NCBI GenBank assembly: GCA_963833425.1
Contig: CAWHXP010000013.1
Location: 96,001 to 160,000, forward strand
Direction of reading: 5' to 3'
DNA: 64,000 nucleotides
Source: an uncultured Methanosarcinaceae archaeon
Lineage (GTDB): Archaea; Halobacteriota; Methanosarcinia; Methanosarcinales; Methanosarcinaceae
Shown: piece by piece, positions 11,339 through 19,775 of the stretch
Layout: each line of letters opens with the position of its first letter
How positions within the stretch are numbered: the first letter of the stretch is position 1
Notes under the pieces: model-generated
The model's database searches: none
What the model saw: only the letters and a program-made list of their open reading frames with translations
Told to the model about the DNA's origin: nothing
Position numbers and translations under genes: made by a program

Positions 11339-13303
11339 TCAGTCAAAAGTAAGGATTTTATAAGTAAAATCTGCGAGATCCACAATTGGGACTCTTGCAG
11401 GTACTGGCATGAGATTCACATGCTTCTGAAACTCTGTTTGATCCTGCCAGGTTCCGGAATTTACAAGAAGGATATTTTTATAGCGCTGGACTCCTAGGGT
11501 ATGGACATGGCCTGTGTGGATGATATCCGGCACAGGGTCGATAACGAAATAATCCATTTTCTCTGGAGATATGGAAACCCTGCTCCCATAAATTGGAGCA
11601 AGGTGCCTGCGCTTCACCATTTCAAGAACGGCCATCGCAGGTTCCTGATAGGAAATCCCTGGAATGTTAGCTACGAGATCATCAATTGATCTGCCGTGGT
11701 AGATGAGGATGCGAGCACCATCCAGATCAACAAGAGAAGGGTTACCAACGAAGATGACATTTTGAGGGAAATAAGCCTGAATTATTTCAGGAAGCGCAGG
11801 CTGAGGTTCTGCCTGGCGGACGGCGTCATGATTGCCAGGACTTATAATCACACGAATGTGCTCTGGAATTTCCCTTAAGTACTCTGCAGCTTTCATGTAC
11901 TGCTCATAGATATCCATAATGGCCAGCTCTGATTCCTGACCAGGATAAATCCCTATCCCATCAACAAGATCTCCTGCAACAATAAGATAACGGATACTTG
12001 CGGCAAGCTCCCGCATGATTTCTGATTCAGACTCTCCTTTCAAAAAGTCAATAAAATTCAGCCAAGAGTCTTCAAGAAACTGGGAACTTCCTATATGTAC
12101 ATCCGATATCAGCACTATTTGCCCTTGACTTCCGCTTCGCCGTTGCACACCATTTGGTACATCTGGTTGAATGAGTTTTGTGGCAAACATCAGGTTTCCA
12201 GCGCTCTTTACCAAACCAGTTACTCCGATGACCTCATCAAGCAGGACTTTTGAAGCCAGTTCGAAAAGTTCCTTATCAGTATTTCGAATGAGAACTGAGA
12301 AAGAGCCGGTTGGATCTTCAAGAGATAAAATTTTGTGGCCATTATTTGTGCTACTGATGTCCGAAATCATCCCTATTATAGATATTTCTTCAGAATTCCA
12401 GTCCCCTTCACGACGAAAGCTTCTTTTTAAACTTTCTATAGAACGCGCATTTATTCTGCTCCGTATAATCGCGGAAAGCCTGCTGTATCTATCCCTGAAA
12501 TATTGAACAAACTGCATATATTCTCCAATACAGGTTGAATGCCCTGATATGTCAGAAATTATGGTCACAGGATTCCTGCCTGAAAAACTTCTTTGCACTT
12601 TGTCGCAGGAACTAGAAGATAAGGCTTTTCCGAAAATAGATAAAGATGGATTTTCCCTGGAAATTCGGTTTGAAGGAGAAGAAGGAAGAGAATTCGAATC
12701 TCCCAAAAAAGATACGGTTGATCTGTCTCCAACTTGTGAAGATGGCAAGGAAAAGACCAATTCGGAATCAGTTCTCAATGAAGAAATTGAGCTTGAAGCA
12801 GCGTGAGAACTCGGTACCCCCTCGGATGAAGTATTACCTGATTTGAGATCTGGAATTGGTTTATACTTTATAGGTACTGGAATTGGATCTAGAAGCAGAT
12901 TTAGGTGAGGGCTAACCGCAGAGTTCTGGATTGGAGTAGGGATGCCAGACTCTGAGGAGATCTCATCTGATTTTGGAGGACGTTTAGTAGATACTGAAAG
13001 AAATTCTCCCGCTTTTAAAGAAGAAATTGGTATTTCATCGTAATGTGGCTTTTCTGTTGAAGTTTCGAAACCAGGATTTTTTTTATTTTCTACATGAATT
13101 AGCTTTGAAGCTCTGTCATGTGCAGCAAAATTTTCAAGATCTATATGTCCGGGCTCTATGACAACAACAAAGTCATTCACAGTTGAAAGAACATATTTGA
13201 GCAGGCATTCGGGAGAGTTGCTGGATTTAATTAGTTCAACAGCTTCAGGGCTTATCTGGTACTCTTTTTCTATAACTGCCTTTATAATCTCGCTTTTGTC
13301 CAT
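11339..13303 (-). CDS. polB: DNA polymerase D small (exonuclease) subunit DP1
   Basis: OB fold (LEDPTG) and calcineurin-like motifs SDVHIGS, AGDLVDG, PGNHDA, YHG, HTGHVH. Confidence 0.95.
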   Translation of the reverse strand: MDKSEIIKAVIEKEYQISPEAVELIKSSNSPECLLKYVLSTVNDFVVVIEPGHIDLENFAAHDRASKLIHVENKKNPGFETSTEKPHYDEIPISSLKAGEFLSVSTKRPPKSDEISSESGIPTPIQNSAVSPHLNLLLDPIPVPIKYKPIPDLKSGNTSSEGVPSSHAASSSISSLRTDSELVFSLPSSQVGDRSTVSFLGDSNSLPSSPSNRISRENPSLSIFGKALSSSSCDKVQRSFSGRNPVTIISDISGHSTCIGEYMQFVQYFRDRYSRLSAIIRSRINARSIESLKRSFRREGDWNSEEISIIGMISDISSTNNGHKILSLEDPTGSFSVLIRNTDKELFELASKVLLDEVIGVTGLVKSAGNLMFATKLIQPDVPNGVQRRSGSQGQIVLISDVHIGSSQFLEDSWLNFIDFLKGESESEIMRELAASIRYLIVAGDLVDGIGIYPGQESELAIMDIYEQYMKAAEYLREIPEHIRVIISPGNHDAVRQAEPQPALPEIIQAYFPQNVIFVGNPSLVDLDGARILIYHGRSIDDLVANIPGISYQEPAMAVLEMVKRRHLAPIYGSRVSISPEKMDYFVIDPVPDIIHTGHVHTLGVQRYKNILLVNSGTWQDQTEFQKHVNLMPVPARVPIVDLADFTYKILTFD

Positions 13304-13972
13304 ACTTCCAACCTGACATTCCTAGACTGACACAAATATTTCCAAACTGAAATAAACTTTTCTAAACCTTCTGGATTTGATTTACCATAAGGCTCATTTG
13401 GCTCCAGATTTAAAAGAGCCTAACCAAAAGACATGTTTAAAATATAAAAGTTAATAAGATACAGAATAATATGCTTAATAGCTACTAAATTGATATGTTA
13501 AAATTAATTTATGAAATGAAATTGTAATTCTAAAAAAATAGTGTATGTCCCACTTAACATTTAAAAATTTTTAGATGCCCCACGTAAAACTTATATCTAT
13601 AGATTCCTGCCTACTATAAGAAGTATCTACCTCATTTTAAGTAGATGACTATAAAAGCATGATAACTGGATGAATAGATATAACAGATATTCTGAAAGTG
13701 TATATCGGTATATATTTTGTTTGCCCATTTGCCCACTAATATTATTGAAAGTTAGAATAATTTTTAAGCTACTGTCATATTGATCACATGGATGACATTC
13801 TTGTGTTAATCGGTGGAAATTAGGACTTAAAATTAATATATATAAAACAAATCGTAGGCAAACATACTGGGAGAAATACATAATTATTTTTAATAAGTCA
13901 GGATAGCAGAAGGAGCTATAATTAACTCTGAGATTATATTTTAGCCTGAAATAATCTGAGGATATAATAATA

Positions 13973-14061
13973 GTGGATTTCGATAAAATTCTGATTTTCA
14001 CGAGCTATTTATAAATTATTTTATAAGTATTTGAAAAAATTAGTGGGTTTATCGAAATTTT
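13973..14061. mobile_element. IS5-derived MITE (reverse orientation)
   Basis: GTGGATTTCGATAAAATTCTGATTTTCACGAG ... GGGTTTATCGAAAT. Confidence 0.7.
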
Positions 14062-14173
14062 ATATAAAGTCCAGCGGCTATACCATAACTTAATTGAATA
14101 AAAATTCTTCAGAAAAAGAAGAATGGAATTGATGAAACGCTAAAAAGTGAAATTAAAGGAATAAAGGCTGAGT

Positions 14174-14731
14174 ATGAGCAAAACAAATGAGGAAAATGGT
14201 ACCCAGGAAGAGAAAAACTCCTGGGTTTCACTTGGAAAGGACTTGCTGTTGGTCGTAGCTGTACTGATTACTTTTATGGTCCTTTCCAAGTTGGTATTGG
14301 GTCTCTGGACTCCTATGGTTGCGGTAGAGTCAGAGAGTATGGACCCGCATATACAAATAGGAGATATTGTTTTTATGAAAAGTATTGATCGAGTGAACGT
14401 TACCACGAATGAAGAAGGAAAAAATTTAGGTTATAAGTCCTTTGAAGATTATGGAGATGTGATTCTTTACCGTCCTCAAGGTCAAGAAGGTGTAACCCCG
14501 ATAATTCATAGAGCCATGTACAGGGTAAAAGCCGGAGAGCAAATGTGGGTGGGAGGGCCTATTGCTCAGTATTCGGGTTATATTACCAAAGGAGACAATG
14601 TTGTAACTAACCAGTACTTTGACCAGGAAGGAGACATAAGCTATTATATGCCTGTAAAAGACGAGTGGATTATAGGAACTGCAAAGTATAGGATTCCTTA
14701 TCTAGGATATATCAGGCTATTACTTTCATAG
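14174..14731 (+). CDS. sec11: Signal peptidase I (Sec11/S26B type)
   Basis: TM anchor, VESESMDP (catalytic Ser), IIHRA, ITKGDN, IPYLGY. Confidence 0.92.
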   Translation: MSKTNEENGTQEEKNSWVSLGKDLLLVVAVLITFMVLSKLVLGLWTPMVAVESESMDPHIQIGDIVFMKSIDRVNVTTNEEGKNLGYKSFEDYGDVILYRPQGQEGVTPIIHRAMYRVKAGEQMWVGGPIAQYSGYITKGDNVVTNQYFDQEGDISYYMPVKDEWIIGTAKYRIPYLGYIRLLLS

Positions 14732-14875
14732 GCAATTGAACTATAATTTTCAATTTATTTTTTTAAATCCGCATTCTATAAATGCACACATATGTATAAT
14801 TTTTTCACCTATTTGCCCTCTTCTAATGAATGATAGTGCGCAAATAAGTTAAAAAAAATATACATATGCAGAATG

Positions 14876-15730
14876 GGTTCCGTTGCAAAAACTTCACAAA
14901 AATATGTAAATCCATAAGTAATTAATAAAAATCAAAATATCCGAGGAAAATGTATCAATATTATAAAGCTATACCAAATAATTGATTAATGTATTTGACT
15001 TCATTAAAAACAGAGTAATTTAGATCGATTACTTGTCCTTTTTTAATCATATTTATAGCTTCAATTCCTTTTAAAGTCTTATTAGCAGATCGAAAAGACT
15101 GAAATCCTAACATTGGATTAACGATTCGCTTTATAGATCTGTGATCTTGTTCTATAATGTTATTCAAATACTTGATTTGTCGAATGCCTACGTTTTTAGG
15201 TAGTATTTTATCAATTTTTAGTTTATCTATAGCAGGTAGATAAGCTGGATTCTTATCAACGGTTATTAATCTTGGAATTTGATTATGATTAAAACTTAAA
15301 GCTTTCTTAAAGAATCTCTTCGCTGCTTTTCTATTTCGTTTTGAACTTAACATGAAATCAATTGTATCTCCATTTGAGTCAACTGCTCGATAAAAATATT
15401 TCCATTTACCTTTTACTTTGATATAGGTTTCATCAACTCTCCGCGAATCATTTGTTGGTCTTAAATGTCTTCTTATCTTCTTTTCTATTTCAGGGGAATA
15501 TTGATGTACCTATCTCATGATTTATTTATGGTCGACTTTTATTCTCCTTTCTGCCATCATTTCCTTTAAATTTCTATAACTTAATGCATATTTTAAGTAT
15601 CATCTTACATTCAATAGGATAATTTCCCCTTCACAATGCTTCCATTTAAAGGAATTAGATAGCATGTTACTATCTTTGGTTTTCTTTTTATTCTATTGTA
15701 TCAGTAGAAAGAATTTTTTGTAACGGAACC
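14876..15730 (-). mobile_element. IS6-family element, transposase disrupted
   Basis: TIRs GGTTCCGTTGCAAAA / TTTTGTAACGGAACC; 5' part has a stop and frameshift relative to the intact copy at 55.9 kb. Confidence 0.95.
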
Positions 15731-15947
15731 CTCAAGAATTCCAAATACGGTTTCATGGACTTGGGTGAGGAACTCTTGCTAGAAATCGCAATGATTATGT
15801 TGCATGTCAAAAATGGATGGTGAGAATTGGTACGGATATATGGTGGATAGGTCGGTAATGGCATAACGATATAGGAAGAATTAACCAAACTTATAAAAAA
15901 TATTTATATCTATATAACCTCTGGATTTCCATTCGACAACTGGATTT

Positions 15948-17054
15948 TTAGAAATCTGTAATCAGAGTCTGCCTCTCGTCTCTTTCCCTAAGTTTTGTAA
16001 CCCCCACACCAACAAGTCTGAACTTTTGACTTCCAATAAACTCCGAAAGGAGCTGAATCGCTGTCCTTTTAATCACGAAGATATCCGAAGTCCAGACTGG
16101 GATAGTCTTTGAGCGTGTATATGTAGAAAAGTCTTCATAACGAACTTTAAGGGTTACTGTTTTGAAAAGGAAACTATCTTTTAGGAGAACTCTATGAACG
16201 CTCTCAGCAAGCATTTTTAGAGAGCCAGCAATTTTTACAGGATCGTTTGTATCCTCCTCAAATGTTCCGCTCCTGCTTATTGACTTTACCGTTTCCTCAC
16301 ATCCCTTTACTTCACTGAAATCCAGACCATGCGCCACCTGTTTCATCCAGAGCCCCATTTTCCCGAACCTTTCAGAAAACCTCTGGATATCACAGCTTGC
16401 TAGCTCTTCAGCTTTGGTTATCCCCATCAATTTTAGGGATTCTGTTGTTTTTTCACCTATTCCAGGGATTTTTGAGACGTTTAGCGAAAAAAGAAAGTCT
16501 CTGACATATTCAGGTCGAATAACTGTAAGACCATCCGGTTTCTGAAATCCTGAAGCAATCTTTGCAATAAGCTTGTTCGGTCCGACTCCAACTGAACATG
16601 TAATTCTTTCCTGACGTTGAACTTCATCTTTGATCTTGATAGCACAAATTGCAGCCTCTTCAAAACTCCTTATCTCAGGTCCTGGCACTAGATAGGCTTC
16701 ATCAACACTCGCCTGCTGAAACTTCTCAGCAAACCCTTTCATGATCTCCATTACGTTTGCCGAAACCTGTGCATAGAGCTTCATGTTGACAGGCAAAAAG
16801 ACAGCTTCAGGACAGAGTTTATATGCCTGTGAAATTGGCATTGCCGAATGAATTCCGTATTTTCGTGCCTCGTAAGAACAGGTGCTTACAACTCCTCTGC
16901 CTGACCCCCCTTTAGGGTCAGAACCCACCACAACAGGCAGTCCTTTTATTTCTGGCATTTCCCTGACCTCCACGGACGCAAAAAAACTATCCATATCTAC
17001 ATGGAGAACTATCCTCCTTTCGGTATTGTTTGCTTTAGGATTGGGAGCATGCAT
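15948..17054 (-). CDS. dinB: DNA polymerase IV (Y family)
   Basis: HVDMDSFFASVE, SYEARKYG, SVDEAY, KPDG, IPGIGEKT, RLVGV. Confidence 0.95.
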   Translation of the reverse strand: MHAPNPKANNTERRIVLHVDMDSFFASVEVREMPEIKGLPVVVGSDPKGGSGRGVVSTCSYEARKYGIHSAMPISQAYKLCPEAVFLPVNMKLYAQVSANVMEIMKGFAEKFQQASVDEAYLVPGPEIRSFEEAAICAIKIKDEVQRQERITCSVGVGPNKLIAKIASGFQKPDGLTVIRPEYVRDFLFSLNVSKIPGIGEKTTESLKLMGITKAEELASCDIQRFSERFGKMGLWMKQVAHGLDFSEVKGCEETVKSISRSGTFEEDTNDPVKIAGSLKMLAESVHRVLLKDSFLFKTVTLKVRYEDFSTYTRSKTIPVWTSDIFVIKRTAIQLLSEFIGSQKFRLVGVGVTKLRERDERQTLITDF

Positions 17055-17221
17055 CTTGAAATATTTGATTATAAAAGATCATAAGGTTAAAGGGAGTTAG
17101 GTGAAAGTATTCAGGGTTTATTTTTTTGGTTCTGTTAAGTCAACGAGGGAGAGTATTTTTCCAGCTACTGTCGGAACCATAAATCGCTATCCCTCGTAGA
17201 TTCGACAGTAATATAAAATTA

Positions 17222-17926
17222 TTAGAATAAGCTTCTTTGCCTGTTGGTTTTAAGTGGCTCAATAACTTCTAGATAATTGTTTCTTGAATTTCTTGCTTCA
17301 TCTCCAACTTCCCATTCTTCCATTTTGTCGTCAGGGAAGAGCTTCAATAAGGGGCGAAGCTGATCCGCTTCAACAATATCAGGATTCAACCATATGTCTT
17401 CATCCTCTTTTTCTAAAATAACAGGCATTCTATCATGATATTTGCCAACAGTCGTATTAGGTATTGTAGTAATGATTGTGTAGTTATGGATTTCTTTCAT
17501 GTTCTTTTTATCTTTCCAAACGTCATACAGCCCAGCAAAGGCAAAAATTGAATGGTCTTTCATCTGGAAATAGTGCCACTGGAAGGGATTTTTTAAAAAA
17601 TGAATCTTATCTGGTTCGTAAAACCCTGTCGCTGGGATAAAACAACGTTTATGAAGAAACGGTTGGCGGAATGTAGGCAATTTATCAACTGTTTAGGCTT
17701 TAGCATTTATCGCTTTGTATTTATAATGCTCATCTTCGGCAAAATGAGGAAGTAGTCCCCAAAACATCAACTCAATTTCTTTTTTCTCGTGATTGACGAT
17801 AACAGGATTTAATTGTCCTGGTCTGATGTTCCATCCCGGTTTAAAATTCTCTAAAGTATTTTCTATAAAAAACCTATCATACACATCTTTTATGTTTTTT
17901 ACTGAAAATCCATACGCTCCACACAT
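17222..17926 (-). pseudogene. SOS response-associated peptidase (SRAP/DUF159, YedK/HMCES family) with one internal TAA
   Basis: Starts MCG (catalytic Cys2); NAKA*TV where NARxET is expected (stop at 17693-17695); RCFIPATGFYE and HDRMPVIL follow in frame. Confidence 0.88.
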
Positions 17927-18685
17927 GCAGTATATACCTCTTTCTTGTAAGATCAATTTAAAATCATCATGAATGAGGTTAATTGTAAAGAAATTCTTAA
18001 ATGTTGTGCTTTATCCTGAACTATTCCGCTTTGAATACTTTCACATAACTCGGAGTTTCCTTTTAACCTATAACTCAATAATTCATTTCGAGAATGATTG
18101 ACATGGATATATCAGAAAAATCATTAGAATGTGTGCTATTGCTCACGAAAATGTATTGAGAAACAAATTATTTTAACATTTAATTAAATTTGAATGAGAA
18201 ATGACGTTGGAAGCGGACGCATTGGTGTACTCTTGAATAATGGCGATGCACTAGTGAAACAAGACGGTTTATCTACAAGTTGGGTAACAGAACATACTGA
18301 TGCTATTGCCCTTGCTCTGATTTAAGTAGGAGCCTGTCTATAAGAGCCAGAGCCAATCTTTTGCTTACTTGAAAGAAAGCAGATGGAAGGTTATTAAAAA
18401 ATACGTGCAAATATGCTAAAAAGTATAGTATGCATATTTTTTAATATATATTCAGAAATATAGTAATTAATCATTCCCAATATTTTATAAGACTTTGGGA
18501 GTAATTATCTTATAATCTGATGTAAAAACAAACTTTGTTTTATATGCACTAACGTAATTATTGATCCATTTATCTGATTCTAAAAAATTATTTAAGGAAC
18601 TACTTGACGGTTGATATTTCTGTGATGTTCCTACCAACGGAACATGAGATATAAGGAATCTAGTGTTAATATACAGGTGATAGGC

Positions 18686-18976
18686 ATGAATATAGAAAAA
18701 AATCCCTTTCTAAGAAAATTAAGGTTCTTGCAAAAAATTACGATGGTTAAAGACTATAGATGTTCATCTTGCGCAGAGAGAGTGGAAAACCGCTTTTTAA
18801 GGAAATTAAGATTTTGGCAAAAAGTTACGATGGTTAAAGATTTTAGGTGTCCGGTTTGTGGAGAGAGAGTAGACAAAGGTGAATTCAGAAACGAAGTGTT
18901 CATGCGAGAATTCAAGAGTTCTGGGCTGTGTCAAGAATGTCAGGATACAGCTTTTGGATATAGGGTAGCATGGTAA
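18686..18976 (+). CDS. Small CxxC zinc-ribbon protein with an internal 29-aa duplication
   Basis: CSSC, CPVC and CQEC motifs; GGTGA RBS-like sequence before ATG 18686. Confidence 0.7.
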   Translation: MNIEKNPFLRKLRFLQKITMVKDYRCSSCAERVENRFLRKLRFWQKVTMVKDFRCPVCGERVDKGEFRNEVFMREFKSSGLCQECQDTAFGYRVAW

Positions 18977-19051
18977 CGAGTCCGTTTTGAGACTTAGGAA
19001 ATTAAGAGATTTTAGCACAAAAACCATGCGTTTTAGTTCTCTCTATAACTT

Positions 19052-19132
19052 ATGGAGCTTGTGGAACTCATAGAGCATTTGGAGCGCATGGAATTTTTGG
19101 AACTAATTAAACAACAACATAATCATAAATAG
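19052..19132 (+). CDS. Candidate 26-aa microprotein (MELVELIEHLERMEFLELIKQQHNHK), copy 1; 9-bp repeat array
   Basis: ATG..TAG, same length and register as copies at 25651 and 45449. Confidence 0.4.
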   Translation: MELVELIEHLERMEFLELIKQQHNHK

Positions 19133-19172
19133 AAGATTTCAAAATAGAGAATTTGAAATTAAATAAATATAG

Positions 19173-19321
19173 GGTTCCGTTGCAAAAAATCTGGCTATTT
19201 TACAAAACCAGTGAAAAACATCACAAATGGGATATTTATATGCCATATACAGGTCAATAATGATACAAAAAGCAATAGTTATAGCCTAAAAAGGCAGTAA
19301 AATTATTTTTGCAACGGAACC
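19173..19321. mobile_element. 149-bp IS6-derived MITE
   Basis: Perfect TIRs GGTTCCGTTGCAAAAA; close reverse-complement copy at 46048-46196. Confidence 0.9.
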
Positions 19322-19445
19322 GGAAACATTACGAAGGAAAAATCATCCTATTTAAACGTAAGATGGTATCTTAAATATTCAGTAAGTTACCGAAATTTAG
19401 AAGAAATGATGGCAGAAAGAGGAATAACAGTTGATCACACTGCTC
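19322..19445 (+). pseudogene. IS6 transposase 5' fragment
   Basis: KHYEGKIIL / NVRWYLKYSVSYRNLEEMMAERGITVDHT. Confidence 0.85.
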
Positions 19446-19595
19446 GGTTCCGTTGCAAAAATAAAATTCCTGCATTGTGAAGATATAATTTTCATCTCTA
19501 TGTGTCATTTTCTTTCTAATAAAAATGATTAATTTTTCTAATTGTGACGGTTTTTTCTGATTTTACAAGGGAGCCAGATTTTTTGCAACGGAACC
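19446..19595. mobile_element. 150-bp IS6-derived MITE (diverged, opposite orientation to the 19173 copy)
   Basis: IS6 TIRs at both ends; shares the GCCAGATTTTTTGCAACGGAACC end. Confidence 0.85.
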
Positions 19596-19748
19596 CAATA
19601 ATTTAAATTACTCTGTTCTTAATGAAGTCAAATATATTAATCAATTTTTTGGTATAGTTTTATAATGTTGGTATATTTCCCTCGGATCTTTTGACTTTTT
19701 TATACTTATAGATTTACATGCTTATTCTGAAGTTTTTGCAACAGAACC
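19596..19748 (+). mobile_element. IS6 3' remnant with right TIR
   Basis: LNYSVLNEVKYINQFFGIVL* followed by TTTTTGCAACAGAACC. Confidence 0.85.
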
Positions 19749-19775
19749 GAATTTCGTTTCATTATTTTACACAAT

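Noticed and set aside
12560..13100. Intein or insertion in DP1
   Set aside because: Ser/Pro-rich low-complexity linker with no intein splice motifs; DP2 also shows no intein
13304..14875. Chromosomal oriC beside polB/sec11
   Set aside because: No intact cdc6 adjacent and no recognisable ORB repeats in these intergenic regions
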